Below are positions 17,690 through 25,083 of a DNA stretch of 64,000 nt, piece after piece; within the stretch, counting starts at the first letter, position 1, and the number at the start of each line of letters is the position of its first letter. The stretch comes from Acidobacteriota bacterium (GTDB taxonomy: Bacteria; Acidobacteriota; Thermoanaerobaculia; Multivoradales; Multivoraceae). The notes below the pieces were generated by a model. It made no database searches. It was given only the letters and a program-made list of their open reading frames with translations, and was not told the DNA's origin. The position numbers were made by a program, and so were the translations under genes. The stretch covers positions 22,481 to 86,480 of the forward strand of contig JAPOXA010000165.1 in NCBI GenBank assembly GCA_026707325.1, in the 5' to 3' direction.

Positions 17690-17699
17690 CCCCCCCCCC
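17690..17699. repeat. C10/G10 homopolymer abutting the -35
   Basis: Ten consecutive C on + strand directly upstream of the TTGACG hexamer. Confidence 0.9.
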
Positions 17700-17724
17700 A
17701 ACAAAAGGGGCCTGGGTAAACCCC

Positions 17725-18003
17725 CGCGGACCACGACCGCGGCCTCCTGGTCGACCGGCGCGGACCACGACCGCGGACCACGACCGCGGACCACGACCGC
17801 GGCCTCCTGGTCGACCGGCGCGGACCACGACCGCGGCCTCCTGGTCGACCGGCGCGGACCACGACCGCGGACCACGACCGCGGACCACGACCGCGGCCTC
17901 CTGGTCGACCGGCGCGGACCACGACCGCGGCCTCCTGGTCGACCGGCGCGGACCACGACCGCGGACCACGACCGCGGACCACGGGACCACGACCGCGGAC
18001 CAC
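17725..18003. repeat. non-coding tandem array of 13-bp (GCGGACCACGACC) and 21-bp (GCGGCCTCCTGGTCGACCGGC) units
   Basis: Order X Y X X X Y gives a 94-bp higher-order period, about 3 copies (17725, 17819, 17913). Confidence 0.9.
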
Positions 18004-18011
18004 GCACGTGA

Positions 18012-18281
18012 CCAATTGAGCTTTCCCTCTTTCCCTTCCTTGACCAATCGAGCTTTCCCCATCCCAGTCCCGGAGCCAATCCCTTCGCCAATCGAGCTTT
18101 CCCCATCCCAGTCCCGGAGCCAATCCCTTCGCCAATCGAGCTTTCCCCATCCCAGTCCCGGAGCCAATCCCTTCGCCAATCGAGCTTTCCCCATCCCAGT
18201 CCCGGAGCCAATCCCTTCGCCAATCGAGCTTTCCCCATCCCAGTCCCGGAGCCAATCCCTTCGCCAATCGAGCTTTCCCTC
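18012..18281. repeat. non-coding 44-bp tandem array, about 5.5 copies
   Basis: Unit ccaatcgagctttccccatcccagtcccggagccaatcccttcg starts at 18044, 18088, 18132, 18176, 18220, 18264. Confidence 0.9.
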
Positions 18282-18395
18282 AGATGCCAAGCGGCCACCC
18301 AGCGGGCCAGCGGACGGTGGACCATGAACCAGCCCTTCGGCCAGTCCCGTGCTTTCCCCCGGAAGCCATTTCCGCTACGGGCAGCAGAGACCAGA

Positions 18396-18617
18396 TCAGA
18401 CTTCCACGACGATCCTCTGGATACGGTCCACGATTTCCATGACCTTGTCGCTGTCGGGGTCGCTGCCAACCATCTCAGCGATGTCGACCGCGGCTTCCAT
18501 CGTTGCCATGACGATGCCTTCCTGAGCATCATCGTTGGTGTGTCCCATCCGTTCCAGGGCCGATTCCGCCAGCAGGCAGATGTTCGTGGCCGGGACGTTC
18601 TTTCGTGTCGTTGCCAT
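18396..18617 (-). CDS. small acidic protein
   Basis: 73-aa ORF behind a class A module. Confidence 0.5.
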   Translation of the reverse strand: MATTRKNVPATNICLLAESALERMGHTNDDAQEGIVMATMEAAVDIAEMVGSDPDSDKVMEIVDRIQRIVVEV

Positions 18618-18648
18618 GTTGCGTTTTCCTTTCGCCCGGTGGGCCTGT

Positions 18649-18692
18649 GTTCAACGTGAGAGAAGTATGGCGGAGTGGATCCCGGCGGTCAA
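18649..18692 (-). promoter_or_regulatory. class A promoter-leader module
   Basis: -35 TTGACC (18687-18692), 17 nt, -10 CATACT (18664-18669), 7 nt, CGTTGAAC (18649-18656). Confidence 0.6.
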
Positions 18693-18786
18693 GCAGCCAC
18701 CCAGCGGGCCAGCGGACCGCGGCGGTGGACCATGAACCAGTTCCGCCGGCTGGCCCGTGGTCTCACTCGTGCTTTCCCTCTTTCCC

Positions 18787-18975
18787 TCAGTCGGCCAGTT
18801 CGACGATCTGGCCCACGGCCATGCCGGGCCGGGCATCCACGATCCGGCGATCGGCTTCGGGATGCAGCTTCTGGCTGATGGCCTTGTAGACACTCGATAT
18901 CCGTGTCCGGCGACCGGATTCGGCTTCGGCTTCGGGATGCAGCTTCTGGCTGATGGCCTTGTAGACATTCGACAT
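18787..18975 (-). CDS. small protein with internal VYKAISQKLHPEA duplication
   Basis: Start MSNVYKA after GGAAGAAAAACGAAATG. Confidence 0.45.
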   Translation of the reverse strand: MSNVYKAISQKLHPEAEAESGRRTRISSVYKAISQKLHPEADRRIVDARPGMAVGQIVELAD

Positions 18976-19005
18976 TTCGTTTTTCTTCCTGCCCGGTGGG
19001 CTGTC

Positions 19006-19049
19006 GTTCAACGTGTTAAGAGTATGGCGGAGTGGATCCCGGCGGTCAA
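19006..19049 (-). promoter_or_regulatory. class A promoter-leader module
   Basis: -35 TTGACC, 17 nt, -10 CATACT, CGTTGAAC box. Confidence 0.6.
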
Positions 19050-19217
19050 GCGGCCACCCAGCGGGGCCAGCGTACCGCGGCGGTGGACCATGGCCGCAGC
19101 CTGTCTACCAATCGAGCCTTCCCGGACCGCGTCGGTGTCGAGCTCACTGGCTGGTTTGTGCTTTCCCCGACAGAATCCCTCACTGTATCGAGCTTTCCCT
19201 GTACGAGGCGAGAGCCC

Positions 19218-19604
19218 TCATTTCGGTTCCCCGTTCAGAGCTTCGGCCCAGGACCGGCGGCTCAGGATGGCTTTCGCTTCGGCGACGTTGATGCTGCGCC
19301 GTTGTGAGTGCTTGACCCGCCTCAATATCTGGGTCGGTTCCGCGCTCAGGTATCCGGAGACTGCATTGATGAACGAGGCCAGCGGCCTGTCCTGCCGCCG
19401 AGAGTTGCATTGGTGGCAGGCCGTAACCAAGTTCGTTTCGTGGTTCCAACCGCCCTTGCTGCGGGGCTTGACGTGATCCAGAGTCAGCCTAGCTTCGTCT
19501 TCCACCGTCGATCCGCAGTAAACGCAGGCCAGACCGTCGCGCATGTAGATCGCCAGTCGTTTCTCCCGGCGAATCCAGTTCATGCCCTGAGTATGTGTCG
19601 TCAT
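19218..19604 (-). CDS. HNH endonuclease
   Basis: CVYCGS...LTLDHVKPRSKGGWNHETNLVTACHQCNSRR. Confidence 0.85.
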   Translation of the reverse strand: MTTHTQGMNWIRREKRLAIYMRDGLACVYCGSTVEDEARLTLDHVKPRSKGGWNHETNLVTACHQCNSRRQDRPLASFINAVSGYLSAEPTQILRRVKHSQRRSINVAEAKAILSRRSWAEALNGEPK

Positions 19605-19637
19605 TCCGTTTTCGTTTCCGGCGGCGTGCCGCCCTGC

Positions 19638-19681
19638 GTTCAACGTGAGAAAAGTATGACTGAGTGGGTCCCGGTTGTCCA
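19638..19681 (-). promoter_or_regulatory. class A promoter-leader module
   Basis: -35 TGGACA, 17 nt, -10 CATACT, CGTTGAAC box. Confidence 0.55.
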
Positions 19682-19712
19682 CGAACCAGGCCCTGCGCGG
19701 GCGAGCCCGCTC

Positions 19713-19952
19713 CTAGTCGAACGCCCGCCGCAGATCGCGACGCGCCGCCCGGAGCTCGAAGCCGTCAAAGGCGCCGCCGAGCATGTGCGCCAAGCAGACC
19801 TCGTCGCGGGACAGGTAGCCGACCACGTTGCCGTCGACGCGAACCGCCCACTCGCTCGCGTCGTCGCAGAAGTCGTCGCAGCACTTGATGGTCAGGATGG
19901 AGCAGGGGTGCCGGCGGCCGTCGCGACTGGGCATCCCGTGAATCGTGGTCAT
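19713..19952 (-). CDS. hypothetical protein
   Basis: 79-aa ORF behind a class A module. Confidence 0.45.
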   Translation of the reverse strand: MTTIHGMPSRDGRRHPCSILTIKCCDDFCDDASEWAVRVDGNVVGYLSRDEVCLAHMLGGAFDGFELRAARRDLRRAFD

Positions 19953-19980
19953 TTCGTTTCCCCTTGCCCTGTGGGCTGTC

Positions 19981-20024
19981 GTTCAACGTGGTAAGAGTAT
20001 GACTGAGTGGATCCCGGCGGTCAA
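19981..20024 (-). promoter_or_regulatory. class A promoter-leader module
   Basis: -35 TTGACC, 17 nt, -10 CATACT, CGTTGAAC box. Confidence 0.6.
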
Positions 20025-20117
20025 CGAACCACCCCAGCGGGGCCAGCGGACCGCGGGCGGTGGACCGCCGCCGGCTCCCAGCGCCAGCCTCGGTCCGATT
20101 CTCGCGTTCAGGCTACT

Positions 20118-20363
20118 TCATCCTCGGACTCCTTCCCGTTCGCTCGCACTTTCCCTCAGTGACAGGCTGGGCTTCCAGATGCCCGACTCCACGAACCGGT
20201 ATCGCTCCAGCATGTCGATCCGCGCTTGCGCGGCCTCCTCCGTGCCGAAGCGCTCGACCGAGAAGTCGCCGCGCATCTCGTTGCCATCGGCATCGATCAG
20301 GCGCCAGTCGCCGCGATTCGCCGCCTCGGCCTCTTCGATCCGATCGTGGACTCGCGACCTCAC
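20118..20363 (-). CDS. hypothetical protein
   Basis: GTG start overlapping the stop of 20360..20485 (GTGA); charged 81-aa product. Confidence 0.4.
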   Translation of the reverse strand: MRSRVHDRIEEAEAANRGDWRLIDADGNEMRGDFSVERFGTEEAAQARIDMLERYRFVESGIWKPSLSLRESASEREGVRG

Positions 20364-20485
20364 GATGACACCACGCGGAACCGAATGGCCATGCTCAAGC
20401 CCAACCCGTGAGCCTGACGCGCCGTGAAGCAGCGGGCCACCGCGACCCACTTGCCGTTGAGCCATTGCTCGAGAATGAACTTCAT
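20360..20485 (-). CDS. 41-aa micro-ORF
   Basis: ATG placed exactly as in other modules (GAGAGAAACGCAATG); below the track size cut-off. Confidence 0.3.
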   Translation of the reverse strand: MKFILEQWLNGKWVAVARCFTARQAHGLGLSMAIRFRVVSS

Positions 20486-20519
20486 TGCGTTTCTCTCTCC
20501 CTGCCCCGGCGGGGCTGCC

Positions 20520-20563
20520 GTTCAACGTGAGAACAGTATGGCAGAGTGGATCCCGGCGGTCAA
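20520..20563 (-). promoter_or_regulatory. class A promoter-leader module
   Basis: -35 TTGACC, 17 nt, -10 CATACT, CGTTGAAC box. Confidence 0.6.
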
Positions 20564-20639
20564 TGCACCACCCAGCAGGGCCGGAAACCTACCGGTCCGC
20601 ACCAGCCGGCGCGCCAGACACGACAGCTCGCACTTTCCC

Positions 20640-20885
20640 TCAACGATCGGCATCGGGTTCGTCCACCGCGCTCCAGAGACCCACAAGCTGCGCCGGCCGC
20701 ATCTCCCGAAACCGGGCCACGGTGAACTCCACGCACAAGCCGTTGCCCAAACCCTCAAACATGGACAACGACCATCGCGTCAGACCATCCAATCGCACCT
20801 TGTTGAGCTCGCGCTTTCCCTCTGGCAATCGAAGCGCATGCTCGTCCACCGTGCTCCAGCCGCCCACTCGCCGAACTCCCGACAT
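20640..20885 (-). CDS. hypothetical protein
   Basis: ATG overlaps the stop of 20885..21271; stop followed by GGGAAAGTGCGAGC box. Confidence 0.4.
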   Translation of the reverse strand: MSGVRRVGGWSTVDEHALRLPEGKRELNKVRLDGLTRWSLSMFEGLGNGLCVEFTVARFREMRPAQLVGLWSAVDEPDADR

Positions 20886-21271
20886 CAGACGACACCCGGC
20901 GAAAAGTCCACCGCGGCCAAGCACTCCCGCGGACTGCCGAAGGACATCGGCGCCACCGGACCGCGAACCTGTACCCAGCGACCCCAACGAGACTCCTTCA
21001 CGCAGACGATCTCCTCGATCACCCACTCGCCAGGACCAACCTGACGCACACCCAGCGGCCGCGCGAAGACCGGCGACCCGGGTACAACGTCCACGATCGG
21101 ACGACGCTCGATCACCGGCTCATCCTGCCCCCAAGCCGCGTCAGGATGCAAGTCGATCAACCGCTCGATCGCCGCCACGAACGCGGGGTCGCTCACGTTC
21201 ACGGGACCAGGCTCCACAGGAACCTGACCAGCTAGCTGAGCGGCCGACAAGGCCACCGCCAACATCTGCAT
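20885..21271 (-). CDS. hypothetical protein
   Basis: Start MQMLAVAL after AGGAGAAAATGCAATG. Confidence 0.5.
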   Translation of the reverse strand: MQMLAVALSAAQLAGQVPVEPGPVNVSDPAFVAAIERLIDLHPDAAWGQDEPVIERRPIVDVVPGSPVFARPLGVRQVGPGEWVIEEIVCVKESRWGRWVQVRGPVAPMSFGSPRECLAAVDFSPGVV

Positions 21272-21306
21272 TGCATTTTCTCCTGTCTGCCCCCGGCGGG
21301 GCTGCC

Positions 21307-21350
21307 GTTCAACGTGAGAACAGTATGACAGGAGTTGTCCGAAGGGCCAA
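21307..21350 (-). promoter_or_regulatory. class A promoter-leader module
   Basis: -35 TTGGCC, 17 nt, -10 CATACT, CGTTGAAC box. Confidence 0.55.
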
Positions 21351-21368
21351 GGAACCACCCAGCAGGGG

Positions 21369-21809
21369 CTAGCGACGTAACGCCCAGGGATCAACGCCAA
21401 GCCGATTGACGATCCGAGGGTCACCGCGCCTCTCCCAGATCGCCTTTCTCTCGGCCACTCGCCCGAATGGCTCGCTCGAGTGCTCGGACATGACCTCGAC
21501 ACTGAAGCTCGGGCCGAGAGGCTGACTCGCACGATGTCGCTCAAGCCGCTTGCGCAGGTCAACGGTCGACCCGATGTAGTAACTGCCATCGGCCCACTCG
21601 AGCTTGTAGACGACACACGGCTTCGAGTGCTCAGGCCTCGGCTTCTGCGCCGGCCCAGCAGCTTTCGCGGCGGCCGCGGTCGCCAGGACCTCGCCCAAAG
21701 ACACGCTCGACTCAGGAGGATGATCGGCGCTGAACCACGTCACAGCCCGCTCACGCTCGGCTAGCCGACCCACGTCAGCAACGGACAGCGGCCCAATCGT
21801 CGGCTTCAC
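21369..21809 (-). CDS. GIY-YIG nuclease domain protein
   Basis: VYKLEWADGSYYIGSTVDLRKRLERH...E...N core motifs. Confidence 0.8.
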   Translation of the reverse strand: MKPTIGPLSVADVGRLAERERAVTWFSADHPPESSVSLGEVLATAAAAKAAGPAQKPRPEHSKPCVVYKLEWADGSYYIGSTVDLRKRLERHRASQPLGPSFSVEVMSEHSSEPFGRVAERKAIWERRGDPRIVNRLGVDPWALRR

Positions 21810-21815
21810 TTGCCC

Positions 21816-21824
21816 ACTATATCA
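21816..21824 (-). promoter_or_regulatory. extended -10 promoter (TGATATAGT), leaderless GTG start
   Basis: -10 ends 6 nt before the GTG at 21809. Confidence 0.45.
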
Positions 21825-21834
21825 AGCCAGAGTG

Positions 21835-21943
21835 CAGAATCTGAACCGTTCTCGGCGAAACGGTGTGGCCAAAAAGTCTCCTATGGGCCGAGCACCCCAA
21901 GTCGGGAATCTGCACCATTTCCGTCCTGGCGGTTCAGATTCCG
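21835..21943. promoter_or_regulatory. three operator-like GAATCTG(A/C)ACC sites
   Basis: 21835-21847 and 21904-21916 direct, 21930-21943 inverted; first overlaps the -35 region of the GIY-YIG promoter. Confidence 0.45.
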
Positions 21944-22364
21944 TCCATAGCCGTTGGCCTATGCAAGCGGCCAACTTGGCCGGTCGCTGCCCTCGGCGGC
22001 CAACTGGTACCGGACCTCGCTAGTGTGCGAACAGGAGAGAGCGCGCAGGTTGGCTCCCGCGCTTTCCCGTTCGTTCCGGGCCACTTTCCCTTGTCGCAGC
22101 AGGCGTTTTTTCTCGTTGGTCGTTTTGGGTTCGTTGTCGTGTCGTGGTCGTTGCGGGTATTGGGTCGGTATCGGGTTCAGGGGTTTTCGTCGTGTGGTTG
22201 GGTCTTTGTCCCGATCCCGATGGTGGTATGTGTCTGGTTCTTGGGGTGTGTCGAGGGGTGTTTCGCGCTTTCCCTGTAGGTATATGTGTACGGGACCGGA
22301 TCCGAAGGCGCTGGTCGGTGGTGCTTGCCTATGTTCTTGGCCGTTTGTGTGGCTTGGGCTCTTG

Positions 22365-22619
22365 CTAGTGCGAGTCGGTGTCGCAACGCCAGCACATGGG
22401 CCGGTCGTGGGTGATCCGGTAGATGCCGCACTTGGGGCAGTCCTTGGTCTTGGCCGCTTTCAGTGCGTCGGTCGCGGTCGGGTATGGGCCGTCTGTTTGT
22501 GCTGGGCCTGTGCGCCTGTACCAGCCGGCCGGGTATCCGTCTGAGGATCGCGGCAGCTTGAGCACGAGTCCGTTGCGCTTGGCTTCGGCGACTCGCTCGG
22601 CGAGTTCGTTGCGGGTCAT
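22365..22619 (-). CDS. small Zn-ribbon protein
   Basis: 84 aa, CPKCG...CWRC. Confidence 0.5.
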   Translation of the reverse strand: MTRNELAERVAEAKRNGLVLKLPRSSDGYPAGWYRRTGPAQTDGPYPTATDALKAAKTKDCPKCGIYRITHDRPMCWRCDTDSH

Positions 22620-22801
22620 CGCGGCGCCTCGTTGGCGCGCTTGCGGGCTCGTCGGCAGTCGTCGATGTAGGCGCCAACGCCGAGAAGCAAGATGGGTACC
22701 AGGATCGGCAACATGATCAGTCGAATAACACGCCTGACCATCAGTGCCTCCACGTCCGGTTTCGTCGGAACAGCTTGCGGAGTCCCGTCCGTGGAGTCCA
22801 C
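22616..22801 (-). CDS. single-pass membrane protein
   Basis: 61 aa, IRLIMLPILVPILLLGVGAYI span. Confidence 0.4.
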   Translation of the reverse strand: MDSTDGTPQAVPTKPDVEALMVRRVIRLIMLPILVPILLLGVGAYIDDCRRARKRANEAPR

Positions 22802-23082
22802 GGCATGGTCACCCTGCCTTCCGCCATTTCGCGGGCGACTCGGGCGACCTTCTGGAAGGTACGAGAGATCGAGTGCGTAGCCGCGTGGTAGGACTCAAGC
22901 TCTCCTTTGTGAGCCGGATCCCGCCTGATGACGATGACCGGGCCACTCCCGAGGTCTTGGTACAGCTTGCCCATCCGTTCGAGCAGTTCGTGCAGTTCGC
23001 ACTCGGCCTCGATGATCTGGTCCCTGTGAGCACGGATGGCATCGATCTCGGTCGCGATCATCACTGACCTTTTCGTGTTCAC
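22741..23082 (-). CDS. hypothetical protein (tandem paralog of 23157..23438)
   Basis: Shared IIEAECEL...LYQDLG.GP..VIR...SYHAATHSISR.FQKVARVAREMAEG. Confidence 0.5.
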   Translation of the reverse strand: MNTKRSVMIATEIDAIRAHRDQIIEAECELHELLERMGKLYQDLGSGPVIVIRRDPAHKGELESYHAATHSISRTFQKVARVAREMAEGRVTMPWTPRTGLRKLFRRNRTWRH

Positions 23083-23156
23083 TTTTGCGTCTCCTTTGCC
23101 CTCGCGGGCGGTCGTTCAACGTGGTAAGAGTCCGGCTGTGGAGTCCACGGCATGAC

Positions 23157-23438
23157 TCAGCCTTCCGCCATTTCGCGGGCGACTCGGGCGACCTTCTGGA
23201 AGGCGCGAGAGATCGAGTGCGTAGCCGCGTGGTAGGACTGAACCTCTTCTCGGTCAGCCGTCTCCGGCCTGATGACGATGGCCGGGCCATTGCCCAGGTC
23301 TTGGTACAGCTCCCGCATCCGAGAAAGCATGGCGCGCAGTTCACACTCGGCCTCGATGATCCGCAGAGTGCGATCGCCGATCTCCGAGATCTCATGGGCG
23401 GTCTGCGCGTCCAACAGAACGCTCGGCTTCACTGACAT
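23157..23438 (-). CDS. hypothetical protein (tandem paralog of 22741..23082)
   Basis: Start MSVKPSV after AGGAAACGCAAAATG. Confidence 0.5.
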   Translation of the reverse strand: MSVKPSVLLDAQTAHEISEIGDRTLRIIEAECELRAMLSRMRELYQDLGNGPAIVIRPETADREEVQSYHAATHSISRAFQKVARVAREMAEG

Positions 23439-23468
23439 TTTGCGTTTCCTTTGCCCTCGCGGGCGGTC

Positions 23469-23512
23469 GTTCAACGTGGTAAGAGTATGACAGCGTTGGT
23501 CCCGGCGGTCAA
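23469..23512 (-). promoter_or_regulatory. class A promoter-leader module
   Basis: -35 TTGACC, 17 nt, -10 CATACT, CGTTGAAC box. Confidence 0.6.
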
Positions 23513-23597
23513 CGAACCACCCCAGCAGGGCCAGCGGACCGCGGGCGGTGGACCCGCGCCGGAAACCAGCGACAGGCCCTCACTTCGTCTTGGCCAG

Positions 23598-23960
23598 CTA
23601 TTCCCTCTTTCCCGCTACCCGGGCATACTGCCCGATAAGCGATCTCAGACGCTCCAGTGCCCGTGTCTCGTCCTTGATGTGGAACAGTTGTTCCGCGATT
23701 GCCAACGGCAAGCCGAGCAGCAAGGCTGCTTCCTCCTCCCACTCCGGCTCGTCGCTCTCGGCGGGGTTGGCCAGAGCCCACTTCTGCGCCTCGTTGCCGA
23801 ACATGGCGATTGACCAGCCAGCCAGGCATCCTGACGTCCCGCACTCGTGGTGATGAAACCAGGAGCTCATGTCGAAGAAGCGTCCTGACGGGAACGGCTC
23901 GTGCTTGACCGGCAGCGTCGAGCAGAACTCGAGCAGCTGCTCGCAGCGTTCGATGTTCAT
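23598..23960 (-). CDS. hypothetical protein (paralog of 25328..25711)
   Basis: MNIERCEQLLEFCSTLP...CGTSGCLAGW shared signature. Confidence 0.55.
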   Translation of the reverse strand: MNIERCEQLLEFCSTLPVKHEPFPSGRFFDMSSWFHHHECGTSGCLAGWSIAMFGNEAQKWALANPAESDEPEWEEEAALLLGLPLAIAEQLFHIKDETRALERLRSLIGQYARVAGKRE

Positions 23961-24172
23961 ACCGCCTCCGGGTAGATGAAGACGACGCCCGTGAAATCAG
24001 GGCAACCCTCGATCTCTTCTTCCCAATGCAGAGCGGTGATACCGACCCGGCCGCCGAGGAACAACTTAGAGATGCTCCTGAATCCTCTATCTTGGACGGC
24101 ATCCTTCTCGTGCTTCTTGAAGAACTCCTCGGCATCGTCGTGTTGCAGCTTCAGTTGCATGGGCTTGGTCAC
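23957..24172 (-). CDS. hypothetical protein
   Basis: 71-aa ORF behind a class A module; start codon uncertain (GTG 24172 or ATG 24160). Confidence 0.45.
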   Translation of the reverse strand: MTKPMQLKLQHDDAEEFFKKHEKDAVQDRGFRSISKLFLGGRVGITALHWEEEIEGCPDFTGVVFIYPEAV

Positions 24173-24203
24173 CTTTCATTTCCTCTCGGCCGCGTGGCCT
24201 GTC

Positions 24204-24247
24204 GTTCAACGTAAGAACAGTATGGCAGAGGGGGTCGCGGCGGTCAA
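24204..24247 (-). promoter_or_regulatory. class A promoter-leader module
   Basis: -35 TTGACC, 17 nt, -10 CATACT, CGTTGAAC box. Confidence 0.6.
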
Positions 24248-24344
24248 CGCGCTACCCAGGGAAGCCGTGGGCGGTGGTCGAGGGCTCGACCCGTTGGCCA
24301 GCCGTCATCGACTGGCGTCTTGGGTCGAGCCCTCTGGGACCGGG

Positions 24345-24980
24345 CTACGCAGCCTCGGCCTCGGCGGCCTCGGCGGCCGCAGCGGCCGCGTTGGCCTTGC
24401 GGGTCACCCAGGCCTTCTTCGCGCGGGCGCTCGCCGCCGCCGCCTTCTCCTCGGGCGTCAGCTCCGGCTTCGGCGCCGGGGGCACCCAGTCGGGACCGCG
24501 CCGCGTGGCCCATGCCTTATGGGCGCGGGCGCTGGCCGCAGCCGCCTTCTCCTCGGGCGTCAGCTCCGGCTTCGGCTCCGGGGCCACCCAGTCGGGACCG
24601 CGCCGCGTGGCCCATGCCTTATGGGCGCGGGCGCTGGCCGCAGCCGCCTTCTCCTCGGGCGTCAGCTCCGGCTTCGGCTCCGGGGCCACCCAGTCGGGAC
24701 CGCGCCGCGTGGCCCATGCCTTATGGGCGCGGGCGCTGGCCGCAGCCGCGACGTCGGCCGCCTCGGACTCGACGTGCGCGGACAGCGCGTCGCGGGCGGC
24801 GTCGTAGAGCCGCTTCCGCTCGGTCGCGTCCTGAACGTCGGCCGTGTAGCCGCCGTCGGCGTCCGTGATCGAGCCCACGCTGTTGCCGTCGACCGTAACG
24901 TCGTAGCCGCCGGCGTTGGCCTCGAGCACGACGGCGAAGGCGACCTCGCCGATCGTCAGGTTGTAGTTCGTGTTCGACAT
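24345..24980 (-). CDS. tandem-repeat protein (34-aa KAWATRRGPDW units)
   Basis: 3.5 copies of ASARAHKAWATRRGPDWVAPEPKPELTPEEKAAA; same architecture as 15181..15909. Confidence 0.6.
   Translation of the reverse strand: MSNTNYNLTIGEVAFAVVLEANAGGYDVTVDGNSVGSITDADGGYTADVQDATERKRLYDAARDALSAHVESEAADVAAAASARAHKAWATRRGPDWVAPEPKPELTPEEKAAAASARAHKAWATRRGPDWVAPEPKPELTPEEKAAAASARAHKAWATRRGPDWVPPAPKPELTPEEKAAAASARAKKAWVTRKANAAAAAAEAAEAEAA
24400..24750. repeat. 102-bp tandem repeat, about 3.5 copies, in-frame
   Basis: Unit starts at 24403, 24505, 24607, 24709. Confidence 0.85.
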
Positions 24981-25038
24981 TCCGTTTTCCTCCTTGGACC
25001 TTTCGGCCCGGTTTGTGTGTGCGGGGTGACTGCCCCGC

Positions 25039-25083
25039 GTTTCAACGTGACAGAAGTATGGCAGGGTGGATCCCAGCGGTCAA
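25039..25083 (-). promoter_or_regulatory. class A promoter-leader module
   Basis: -35 TTGACC, 17 nt, -10 CATACT, CGTTGAAA box; longer leader. Confidence 0.55.

Noticed and set aside
17725-18281. CRISPR array
   Set aside because: There are no unique spacers. The repeats are contiguous or interleaved with each other only, and no cas genes are present.
17318-18532. 404-aa minus-strand ORF, and the other long ORFs in all frames across 17.2-18.5 kb
   Set aside because: They run through tandem arrays whose periods (13, 21, 44, 94 bp) are not multiples of 3. They overlap the better-supported gene 18396..18617 in another frame and translate to low-complexity Arg/Gly/Pro strings.
18771-18786. GGGAAAG as a -1 ribosomal frameshift slippery site (as in lambda G/GT)
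   Set aside because: Most copies lie after stop codons or in non-coding arrays, and there is no downstream extended -1 ORF.
21832-22544. + strand ORFs of 63, 138, 196 and 74 aa in the G/T-rich region
   Set aside because: The Cys/Val/Gly/Phe-rich translations follow from extreme strand skew. There is no RBS or start context, and the region behaves as an intergenic boundary.
23114-23157. Promoter call for the leader-box copy upstream of 22741..23082
   Set aside because: The hexamers at the expected positions read CGGACT and AGTCAT. Only the transcribed part of the module survives, so it is not listed as a promoter.
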